From positions 2,296,001 to 2,360,000 of the forward strand of contig NC_045698.1 of the NCBI RefSeq assembly GCF_009834535.1: a stretch of 64,000 bases of DNA, given 5' to 3'. The DNA is from Camelus ferus (taxonomy: Eukaryota). Positions 48,510 through 58,700 of the stretch are shown piece by piece. The position numbers and the translations under genes were made by a program. Each line of letters starts with the position of its first letter. The first letter of the stretch is position 1. Under the pieces are notes generated by a model. It was not told where the DNA came from, searched no databases, and saw only the letters and a list, made by a program, of their open reading frames with translations.

Positions 48510-48874
48510 CAGGAGGGGCGGGAGAGGCCGGCGAGGGCGGGCGGGAGGCAGGGAGGGGGCGGGAGGGGAGCCGGGGGCGGGGCCAGCGCTCAAGGGGATG
48601 CCAATCAAAGCATCAACTTCAAATTGTGTCTGAAAGCCCCGCCGCCGAGCGGAGGGCGGCCGCCGCAGTCGGCGCGCGATCGCGGATCCGGGCGCAGTCG
48701 GGAGCCGGGCGCCAGCGAGCACCGGGCCGAGGAGCAGCCACCGGCCCCCGCCTCCGGGCCGGCCCGAGCGCGCCCGGCCGGCCGCCGGCTCCCCGTGCGG
48801 CGGCTCCCCCACTCTCTGCCTCCGTCCCCCGCCCGTTTTAATACTTGCCCGCCGCCGCCGCCGAGTCCGCGGAC
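48510..48874 (+). promoter_or_regulatory. IRX1: IRX1 TATA-less CpG-island core promoter and 5' UTR
   Basis: GC box GGGGCGGGG at about 48574-48582; CCAAT at 48601 overlapping ATCAAAG (TCF/LEF-like) at 48604-48610; very GC/CpG-rich leader. Exact TSS not determinable from sequence. Confidence 0.65.
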
Positions 48875-49147
48875 ATGTCCTTCCCGCAGCTGGGCTACCC
48901 GCAGTACCTGAGCGCCGCGGGGCCCGGCGCCTACGGCGGCGAGCGCCCGGGAGTGCTGGCGGCGGCCGCCGCCGCCGCCGCCGCCTCGTCGGGCCGGCCC
49001 GGGGCCGCGGAGCTGGGCGCGGGCGCGGGCGCGGCCGCCGTCACCTCGGTGCTGGGCATGTACGCGGCGGCCGGGCCGTACGCGGGCGCGCCCAACTACA
49101 GCGCCTTCCTGCCCTACGCCGCCGACCTCAGCCTCTTCTCGCAGATG
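48875..49147 (+). CDS. IRX1: IRX1 coding exon 1 (91 codons, MSFPQLGY...LSLFSQM, includes a 9-Ala tract)
   Basis: ATG at 48875 (GGACATGT); in-frame TAA upstream at 48839; donor ATG|GTGAGT at 49148. Confidence 0.96.
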
Positions 49148-52100
49148 GTGAGTGCGCCCGGCCGGCTTCGCTCCCTGTTCGCCGCGGGCAGCCCTTCCCC
49201 GCCCGCCCGGCGCCCCGGGCGAGGGCGGCCGGGGCGGCGGGGCGCGCGGGCGGGAGAGCGGGCGGGCGGAGCCGGCCCGGGCGAGGCGCCCGGGCGGCCC
49301 TGTTGGCGGGTCCGAGGCGGCGAGGGCCGCAGGAGCGCGGAGAGGCCGGCCGGTAACGGCCCCGCCATCTCGGCTCGGGGAGGCGGGGAGGCAGGAGGCC
49401 CGGGCCGCGCAGGGGGTCTCAGTGGGAGTCGGGAGGCCGCAGGAGCAGGCCCGGGGCGCGCGGCCCGCGCTGGAGGTCGGGGCCAAACTCGTCCAGCGCC
49501 CGCGGCTCGGTGGCGGCGGCGGGGCGGGCGGGCAGGGTTCCGGCTGGGCAGCTCGGCCTGGTTTATCCAGACGCTCCTTCTCGGCCCGCGGCTGGCGCGA
49601 CCTTTTCAGCTTTGGGGCTGGGCCGGGGAGACTGGATTCTCTCCCTCTTTGGCAGAGCTCACGCAGCTGTATCCGAGTCTGCCAGAGGAAACTCTTCAAA
49701 GCTTAGTAGAGTCGGTCAAAATAAGCCTAACAATGGAGGTCTGACGGGCCGAGGGGTCTCTTACGGGCTGAGTGCAAATTTGAAATAAAAAAAAAATCGA
49801 AACAATTTTTGGCGTCTGAAACGGTGTTTGCTCTGACTTTCGTTAAGTTGCCGAAGTTTTGATTTCATTTGTACCGAAAGAAAAGCACTTTTCTCCCCGC
49901 GTTACGTAATGGAGGATTAAAGAGAAGTGTCCCTGCGCTTAAAATAAATGCTGTCCTCTTAGACTCCTGTCCCAGCGGGTGTCAGATGGGGGGGGGGCTG
50001 CAAATTTAATGCTCCGTGGGGCTGTTGGCCCGTCTGTCGGCCCAAAGGATCCATTTCCTTACGTCTGACTACAAAGTTCGGCTTAAACTTTGGGCTGCTG
50101 GGAATTATGCGCCTGGCGCGGGGGGCCGGGCAGGCAGCCCCCGCCCGCAGTGCTGCGGGCGGGATCACGCAATTTTCATGCTCCCAGGTCTCCCCAGTCC
50201 CCGAAGGAAGAGATAGGAAATAAATACCCGACAACCGTACACCAGCAAAGCGGCCGCTGTGTTTTCCTGTAACTTTTCTTGTAGTTTTGAAAAGAAAGCC
50301 TATTTCTCTGAAAGCGGCCCCAGAGGCCTTTCAGATCGGTTGCTATCGAAAAAGATCAGCTCCCATTTTGTTCCGGCGGCCGGGATGCAGGGGAAGCGAT
50401 GAGAGATTTACAAGGTATCCTTTCAAAAAGAATTCCCAGCAGAGACGAGGCCGAAATGTCTTCCTTACAGTTACAACCAAAATAATTAGAAAAGTGCAAA
50501 GGACTTTTTTGCAAAGATTAGGCAAAAACGAAATCTAGCCAGAGAAACCCTGTCTCTGTGGCCTCGCCCACCAAATTAATTAGTCAAAGAAATCTGCTGT
50601 TTTTTGCAACTTTCTCAGAGTCCCGGGTCCTCCTCTGCTAACACAGCAACTCGACAATTTTTACATAGAAGATTCTAATTTTTTAACAGTGATTTTGAAT
50701 ACAGATGTGTACCATTTGGGAAAGCGGCTGGCGTGTGTTTGTGGGGGAGGGAGGGAGCTGTGAGATGAGGATCTGCTCCCATTGTGGCGGAGTAGGGAAG
50801 GGAGATGCTTGATTTTTTTTTCAGAGAGGAAGCTATATTGAAATTCTACCCCCCACCCCCTCCCAAGGCTTGTGTGAATGTCCCCGCGTTTCCTTGTGGT
50901 CTCCTGCGGGTTCTGGGAAAGGAAGCCTAGACCTAAACCAAATCCTAGGCCTTGGTCTCTAAGCCATTAGGGTTGGGGATTTGGAAGTCAGAAGATAAAA
51001 TTGTGAGTGAATGTCTGTCTGGGCAATTTATGGTAATAATGAGGCCTAATGAGGTTGTTAGAAAGATAAAATGTTATTTACCAAAAAACCTGATGGGATA
51101 ATTTGACTTGCTGTGTTTTACTACCAATGATAAAAAGAATATTGATTGCAAATAAATCACGGCCTTTAAATGCCTGCAAACAGTTTGTGCTCCCTCGCTC
51201 CCTCGCTCCTGATCAAAGTCAAACTTGAGCGATAAAGTCACTGAGGAGAGAGGCCTCGGAAATGTTCTGCTCTGTGCAGCCTGTGCTCTGGGTCCCCGCG
51301 TTAATATTTTACCGGATAAAACCTCCTTTTGTATTTAAAAAGAACAAATGGTGTTTGTGTTATTGTTCTTGATGATGGTCAGGATTAAAATTGTAAATTA
51401 CCTGTCACCCACTACAGACCTTTAAGTGTGGGCGAGCCATTATATGCAGATTAATTTGGGAGCTAAAAGGAAAGGGCTTTCATTTTACACTGCTGATGGA
51501 TTCGGACTAGAAGAAAACCCGAGACGGTTTATTTTGTTTGACCCCCTCAGGGTCGAAGGGAGGGGGGCGTCAGCTCTAGATTCTCTGCGCTTAGAGAAGC
51601 TGTTTTATCAGCCTGGTTAAAAGGTTTTCCCCTCTGGCGAGTGTGAGATAAACTTGGGAATCTGGCTTCTGGAGGTGTTATGGGAGGTGGGGGAGGCGGC
51701 TCTGAGGGAGGCCTAGAGAGGTTCCAGGGGCTGAGGCTCCACTGTGGCCTTCTAGAGGTGGACGGAGTCTGGAACTTTTCTTGAGTGACAACGCTCTCCA
51801 TGATGGGTGGAAGGGCAGCTGCTGGAGGAGGCTTGCGGTCTGTCCCCTCTCCCTCCCAGGCGGGAGATGTGTTAGGGCTAGATTCCCATGCAGGGGGGAG
51901 CGCCTTCCCAGTTGTAGGGACTCATCTATCTCTCTCCCTCCCTTCCTCTCTCTCTCTGCATCCCTACTCTCCTCCCTCGCTGGGCCTGGTGGCTGCAGGG
52001 TTCTCAGTATGAACTCAAGGACAACCCGGGAGTGCACCCCGCCACCTTCGCAGCCCACACGGCCCCAGCGTATTACCCCTACGGCCAGTTCCAGTACGGG

Positions 52101-53818
52101 GATCCCGGGCGGCCCAAGAACGCCACGCGGGAGAGCACCAGCACGCTCAAGGCCTGGCTCAACGAGCACCGCAAGAACCCCTACCCCACCAAGGGCGAGA
52201 AGATCATGCTGGCCATCATCACCAAGATGACCCTCACGCAGGTCTCCACCTGGTTCGCCAACGCGCGCCGGCGCCTCAAGAAGGAGAACAAGGTGACGTG
52301 GGGCGCGCGCAGCAAGGACCAGGAGGACGGCGCTCTCTTCGGAAGCGACACCGAGGGGGACCAAGAGAAGGCCGAGGACGACGAGGAGATAGACCTGGAG
52401 AGCATCGACATCGACAAGATCGACGAGCACGACGGCGACCAGAGCAACGAGGACGATGAGGACAAGGCCGAGGAGCCTCACGCGCCGTCCGCGCCCACCG
52501 CCCTGGCCCGGGAACCGGGCTCGCCGCTGGCGGCCGCCGATGCGCTCAAGAACCAAGACTCGCCCCTGGGCCTGTCCAAGGAGGTCCCGGAGCCCGGCAG
52601 CACGCGCCTGCTGAGCCCCGGCGCCACGGCGGGCAGCCTGCAGGGCGCTCCGCACAGCAAGCCCAAGATCTGGTCGCTAGCGGAGACGGCCACCAGCCCC
52701 GACGGCGCCCCCAAGGCCTCGCCGCCGCCGCCCCCGGGCCATCCAGGCGCGCACGGCCCCCCCACGGGAGCGCCGCTGCAGCACCCCGCCTTCCTGCCCA
52801 GCCACGGACTGTACACCTGCCACATCGGCAAGTTCTCCAACTGGACCAACGGCGCGTTCCTCGCGCAGGGCTCGCTGCTCAACGTGCGCTCCTTCCTGGG
52901 CGTCGGGGCGCCCCACGGCCCGCATCTGTCCGCGCCGCCACCGCAGCCGGCCATCACCGTCACCGCGGGGGTGCTCCACGGCGACAAGGCCACAGCCCGC
53001 AGCAGCCCCTCGCTCCCAGGTAACCAGACCGCGGGCGTCCGCTCCGCCCCGCCCCAGGCGAGAAATCCGAGGCCAGGCAAGGCATGGGGGTGGAGTGGAA
53101 CCACTGGCCGGGGAGGGTGAGAAGCAATGACCGCGAGGCCGGGGCTGATCAGTTGTCCCTGCCTGAATTCAAGGAGCGAGGCCAAGGCCCTCTGCTCGGC
53201 TCTCCCGAGAAAGCCCATGCTCTACCCACTGGCCCAACACGGGAAGGAGGTGGGCAGTTTTCCCCTGGAGACACTTCTGAGGGGTGGGAGGGAATGGAGT
53301 GGAGCCGGGTAGGGTGGAGAGGTGGCCTGGGCACCGCTGCGGCATCTGTGTTCCCGGGTCCTAACGCTCAGCCTCTTCCCCTCCCTCGCAGAGAGAGACC
53401 TCGTCCCCAGGCCCGACTCGCCGGCCCAGCAGTTAAAGTCGCCCTTCCAGCCCGTACACGACAAGTGAGTGCAGTTGGCGTTTACCACTGGGCAGGGGCG
53501 AGGGTGGCGTTGGGGGCCAGAGGCTGAGCAGGGGCAGGCGGCAGTGGGGTCGGTCAGTCAACGTTAGAGGGGCGCCGTGCGCCAGACACGCCGGGGCTAG
53601 CCGATCCCACCCCCACCTCCGGTTTCTCCTGAGCCGGGAGCCGCGCGCGGGGCAGACGACCCCGCCCCCGGGCGCTCGGCTGGCAGAGCCGGCGACGCTG
53701 GGTCCCGGCTTCCATCTACTGACGGTGCTGTGTTCTTGTCTTGCTGTGTTTCCCCTGCAGCTCGCTGGCCCCGCAGGAGGGAACGCCGCGGATCCTAGCA
53801 GGCCTCCCGTCAGCCTGA
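48875..53818 (+). CDS. IRX1: Iroquois homeobox protein 1, spliced CDS join(48875..49147,51999..53019,53392..53464,53761..53818), 474 aa
   Basis: N-terminus [30 protein letters not shown] homeodomain with [14 protein letters not shown]; acidic region; IRO box [14 protein letters not shown]-terminus [43 protein letters not shown]. All three introns are GT-AG with consistent phases (0,1,2). Exon lengths 273+1021+73+58=1425 nt. Confidence 0.97.
51999..53019 (+). CDS. IRX1: IRX1 coding exon 2 ([11 protein letters not shown]...SSPSLP; homeodomain about 52101-52289, IRO box about 52659-52697)
   Basis: Acceptor CTGCAG|GGT at 51998/51999; same frame as track ORF 52032..53120; donor CCAG|GTAACC at 53020. 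Confidence 0.97.
52030..53800. promoter_or_regulatory. intragenic CpG island (exons 2-4)
   Basis: High CpG density in exon 2 and intron 3. Confidence 0.7.
53392..53464 (+). CDS. IRX1: IRX1 coding exon 3 (73 nt, (E)[23 protein letters not shown](N))
   Basis: Branch-point-like CTAAC at 53361, pyrimidine tract, CGCAG| acceptor; donor AA|GTGAGT at 53465; phases fit exons 2 and 4. Confidence 0.93.
53761..53818 (+). CDS. IRX1: IRX1 coding exon 4 ((N)[22 protein letters not shown])
   Basis: Pyrimidine tract ending CCCCTGCAG at 53760; TGA at 53816-53818; matches the recalled IRX1 C-terminus. Confidence 0.93.
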
Positions 53819-54190
53819 TTCAGGGTCTTCTTTTACTTTTGCGGGGGGAGGGGGGAGAAGTTCAGGAGGGAGGGGGGTGGGAGGAATTAAGACAAATACT
53901 TCAGACTGGCGTAAAGGGCAAATCTGGCGACGAAGTCAAGGACCCCCATCCATCGCTTTCTGCAGAAAGGGGCTCCTCCGGCCCGAGCCCGCGTCCAGGC
54001 AGTCTGGCCTCTGCCCGCGCACGGCTCGGGTGGCTGTCACTGTGCTCTGGGTGATTATCGGTTCCAAAATGCCCCCATGTGCTTGTGTCTTTTTTTTCTG
54101 TATATAGAGTGATTTCAGATTGTAAATAGCGCGTCAGCAAACTTGTCTAAATCATATATTTTTGTCTAATAAACTAAATGACATGATGGC
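53819..54190 (+). other. IRX1: IRX1 3' UTR (3' end approximate)
   Basis: Lies between the stop codon and AATAAA at 54168; AU-rich distal part. Confidence 0.75.
54168..54173 (+). terminator. polyadenylation signal AATAAA of IRX1
   Basis: First canonical AATAAA after the stop codon, preceded by U-rich and TGTA elements. Confidence 0.8.
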
Positions 54191-55129
54191 CACTGCTCCT
54201 GCTGCTGTGTGGCTGGGCGGCGCTGGGGGCGTCCTCAGTCCTGGAATCCTGCGTCCTGCAACCTTGGGATCCTGGCAGGGCTGAAGTGCAGTGGCTGGGG
54301 AGAGAGGCTCAGGGTGGCTTCCATCCGGGAGGCCGGCGCTTCTCAGTCTTTTGGTGGTGGTTGAATTTGTTACTGTTGTCACCAGGGCAGTTTCTGGTTT
54401 GCAGTTCAGTTATTTCCAACTCTTACACATTTATTTGGGCACGCCTTTCTTGGGACATAAATGAGTTTGATTTTAGGCAGTTTATAAAACGATTTTTTAA
54501 AAGTGGGCAACAATGGGGTGAAAAATGAAAAGAATTTCTAATCGTGTCCCCAAAGGAGAACTTGGTATTTGAAATCAATTTATAACCACTTGTCTCAGCG
54601 GTGCATTGCGGCATCTGGGCGTTTTGTGGGTAGAATGAGGACATAATGGAGTATGAAATTTTGCTTTCAGTGTATTTTTTAGTTATTTGGGTAAATCAAT
54701 CGTGGAGAAATTGGAAGGTTCATTTCAACCCTCCCTCAGGTGGCCAGGGTGCAGCGCGGGCTTCTCCCGGTGTGTGAGCCACAGGGCTGCATTGGAGGGG
54801 AGTGACAAATGGGGAGACCGGGCCTTGGTCTCCCAAAGAGGCCCCTTTAAACTCATGCGCCCTGCACTGGGGGCACCCAGTGAGCCGAGGAGCCAGCAAC
54901 TCCCATATGGTCCGGAGCCTGGGAGCCAGGGGAGTGATGGTAGGAAGCAATGCGGACTAAGCCGGCCTCGGACGTGTGCGGGTGGGAGATGGTCCAGGAG
55001 CCCTGGGAACCGAATAGGTCAGGCTGTGGGCAGGACGCGCTGAAGCAGCCCGCACTTCCAGAGGGTGTAGGACACTTGGCTCGTGAAAGAAGAGAAAGCA
55101 AAGTTTACAAAACTGCCAGTGAGGATGGG

Positions 55130-55750
55130 GTCCGCCGGAGTGGAGGCCGAGTCCCCGGTGTCGGACAGGACCTCCCCCACCCCAGCCCGAGGCGCATATA
55201 TTCGCTTTCGAAACCTTCGGGACCAGCTGTCCCGGGGCTGCTGGTGGCGGCGAGGGACGTGGCTGCGGAAGGGGAAAGCCGGGGGCGCTGTCTGCCCGGC
55301 CCCTCTGCAGCCGGGAAAGAGGCGCTTGTGCCGTGAACAGCGGGCGCCACCGGAGGCGGGGAACTCCCGGTCCCCGGAGCCCGCGTCCTTCTCCAGTGGC
55401 CCCCATCCCCCATCGGTCTAGGGAAAAAGGTTGCCGCAAAGAGGCGGGGAGGAAGCGCGAAGGGGCGGCCGCCGGTGAGCGCGGGCCGACGGCACGCGGG
55501 GATGCTCGACTGCGGAGTGGGAGCCGCGGGAGGGCCCGGGCTGCGGAGCCGAGCGGAGGGCGGGCGGCGGCTGCGGTGGAGCGGCTTCCCGTACTAACCG
55601 ATGTGTTCGAGGCGCCCTCTATGGGCCGAAAGCTGAACGGGGCCCTGAAAGGGGCCCTGACCGAGGCGCCGATCTGGTTCTCGGGGCGTGGTGCAAAATC
55701 TGGGGGTCCTTGGATTTGGGGGTGCTGTGGGCGCGAGCCCCGAATTACGG
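55130..55750. promoter_or_regulatory. downstream CpG island about 1 kb past the IRX1 polyA site
   Basis: High CpG density, GC boxes. Confidence 0.65.
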
Positions 55751-58700
55751 CAGTGGGCCTTTCTCTGTATTCTAGAGTGCCCCGCACCTGTTTGCAGCTG
55801 GGCGGCGCTGTGCTGGGCCTGCGGGGTAGGCTGCTGCGTGGGGTGGAGGGGCGGGGAGTGGGGACTGGGCTCCACTGGGCTGCTTTCATGTTTTCATAGT
55901 CCCCTGTGGGGCTTGCGAATTCAAGGAGGAGGTCCTTAACCTGCCATTGACACTACAACTTCAGGGTCACTATGACTTCAGGGTCACCACGGGCCTTGGC
56001 TCCCCATTCCAGAGTTCTGGAAACGAGCCTTGGACCCCACCCTGACCTCTGGGGCCAGATGGACCTGTGTCCTTGGCCAGACTGGGCTCTTACAGATCTT
56101 GGACCGGCAGTGTCCTCCTCCCCTCGTGAGGAATGGTGTTCTTGGCTCACAGACACCCTGCTCTGGCACGGAAAACGTGCTGAGAAGCCCCCTCTGAGCT
56201 CCTGCTGGTAGCAGCAGGTGGGACTCAGGTGGGCTGTGTGGAGTCCCCTGCCCTGCCCAGTTCCACCCCTGTGTCCCTCACCCCCAAAAGCAAAGAGGAT
56301 GGCCTGTGCAGGCTGCCCCTCTCACCTGTGTTTCCAGTCTCCTCTTCTGTCTGATGCATTTGGAACCCTGCCTGCTGCTGCCCAGGTGGCTGGACCACCC
56401 AGTGCTCACCGGGGGGTGGTCTGAGGCCTCAGAACCCTGTGGCCTAGAAGTTGTTGAGGGTCCGTGCCCCTTCCCGGGGCCCGAAGCCTCCCTGCAAAGA
56501 AATCAGATCGCCAGCCTCGGGATGATTCTCCTCCAGTGAAGAGCTGGACATGAATTTTTAATCAAGCATTGAAAAGCATTTTGTCCTTTGTGTGCTATTA
56601 GTTTACATCTGCCCCCACCACTGCAGCCACCTAAGTGTGTGCACGCTGAGGGGCACGCGGTGCCCCCGGGAGGTTCTGATGAGCGCAGTGCTTCTGCGCC
56701 TGAAATACCTGGCAGGAGACATAGGAACCCCGTTTCCTTTAAAGGCAAGGTGGAAGCTCCTCTGGAACTTTCTGTGTGTGCCGAAGTGCACTCCTGCCTC
56801 ACCCCTGCCCAGCAGTTTCAGAGGGTAGCGGTGATTCTGTAAGGAGGAGACAAAATCTGAAAATTCCTAAGGATGAGGGACATACCCTGATTAATGTTGG
56901 CATTTTGGCCTCCGTTCTCCACAGGGGACAGGTTCCCCACAGCAAGGACACTCTATTCAGGACAGAGGATGTCTGTCTTTATGGGATCTCATTTTGGGGG
57001 AGAGGCTAAGGAACAAATCTGACCCGGAGACCGTCCTCTCCAGCCTGCAGAGGTGACGGGGAGAGGGTCTGATGTGCAGACTTTCTCGATGAGCATCCCC
57101 ACGTTCCTGGTCGGAGGACTTGGGGAGCGGGTCCAGACCCCATCCCTATCCCTGACCTGCTGGAGTCTTGGAAATCTCACTGCTCCCACCTCCCTTCCCA
57201 CCCGCCTCCGATCAGTTATATTCCCCAGCACATTTATCTCGCCTGCAATATGGAGAATTCATATTCATCTCCCGGTTTTAGTGGCCTGACACTGATTAAT
57301 GTAATACGCGCCGTGACTCCGAGGGGCCGCCACCCGATGAATCATGCCCTATAAAGTTTCAGTCGTCCTTGTAGATGGGACTCTGCCAGAGAGCTCGAAG
57401 CTGGAGAGAGGGAGGGACGAGGGGAAAGGAGAAAGAGAGGTCAGGGTGGGCCAAGGCGCCCCGCTGCCCTAGCGCGGGCACTGTCCCCCGACTCAGGGGC
57501 CTAGCAGCTCTGGCCCTCTGCCTGCACTGCTTTTCTGAGATGAGGACTCTTTCTGGTCCTCCCACCCTGGTGTTTCCTTCCCTTCCGGGGGGTTCCAGCA
57601 GGCCCTAGGCTGCCGGGTGGCCGAGACAGGGTCGGGCTGGGGCTGGGGCTGCCGGGTGACGTCTCAGGGTTAGGGATACAGATTGGGGTCTGGGGAGACT
57701 GGAGCCCAGAATGTTCTCCCTAAGGTGGCGGGGCCCAGTGTGCTGGTGGGAGTAGGGTTTTGCCCCTGGGGCACCCAAACTGGGGGGCAGAAGGGCAGGA
57801 AGGATGTCAAGCCCAGGGAGGGTTGCTGGGTTGGGGTGGCTTGGTGTAGTTTTGGGGTCCACAGTGGGTAGGGGCTTGGAAAGCTGACCAGCCTGCAGTG
57901 GTCTCTGCCCATCTCCTGTACTGTGGGCCACATTGCAGGTCACAGCTCTGAGACGGAGTCAGCCAGGTCCTCAGGCCTCCCAAGGACCAGGGAGGAGAAC
58001 TCTGAGTACCTGAGCCTGAGCCAGCATGTGCTTTGTGGCCCTGCAGCATGCCAGGCTCAGGGGAGCTTCCTGCCACACTTGTGGCCCCAAAGGCTCCAGG
58101 TGGGGAGGGTGAGCAGGGGATGGTTGGCCCTGGGAGGGGGAGGGGGATCCAGGGTTGGGTGGCCAGGAGACAGGGCTAGCAGGTGGAGGGGGTGCACTCT
58201 GGGGATGATGGCAGGGCCTGGCCACCTCCAGGGTGCCCTAAGCCATGTGGAAGGAGCAGGGCCCCAGGGATGCCCACCCAGAGGCAGAGGATGAATGGTC
58301 CCTCCAAGTAAAAAGGCCCGCAGCCACCGCCTGTTCCCATTCTGCTCTGCTGGGGACAGAGCTTCCAGGTCTGTTCCGGCTCCCACCGAGCCAGCGGCCC
58401 TAATTACAGCTCTGGAGCTGAAAGGCTTCAGAAGGTCACTCCCTGGGGACTGCGGACTACCTCTGTGCCCCAGCTACTGAAGCTGGACACATACCCCTGT
58501 GCCCTCAGGACAGATATCTGAAAATGGGCCCTCTTAGGGCAACGCACAGGGGGACAGAGGGGCCACCTGACCTGGTGGCAAAGACCTGGGTCTACAGTGC
58601 TCTTAGAGACCCACACAAATGTTTTAATTTCTTTTCAAATGGAAAAAGTTACTTTTAGGTGAAGAAAACGTGTTAATAGATATTATCAGTGTCCTTATAC

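Larger units (their letters stand above)
47420..50200. promoter_or_regulatory. CpG island over IRX1 promoter, exon 1 and proximal intron 1
   Basis: Visibly very high GC and CpG density; boundaries approximate. Confidence 0.85.

Noticed and set aside
48845..48874. TTG-initiated 10-aa N-terminal extension
   Set aside because: Near-cognate start chosen by the ORF caller; the known IRX1 N-terminus begins at the ATG at 48875.
49148..49744. Read-through of exon 1 ORF into intron 1 (299-aa track ORF)
   Set aside because: Consensus GTGAGT donor at 49148; the extension is low-complexity Gly/Arg/Ala/Pro expected in a CpG island.
53020..53120. Exon 2 ORF continuing 33 codons into intron 2
   Set aside because: Good donor at 53020, and exons 3-4 supply the recognised C-terminus; no evidence for retention.
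48605..55889. Long antisense ORFs (364, 325, 246 and 310 aa)
   Set aside because: Shadows of GC-rich coding or CpG-island DNA; no domain-like sequence.
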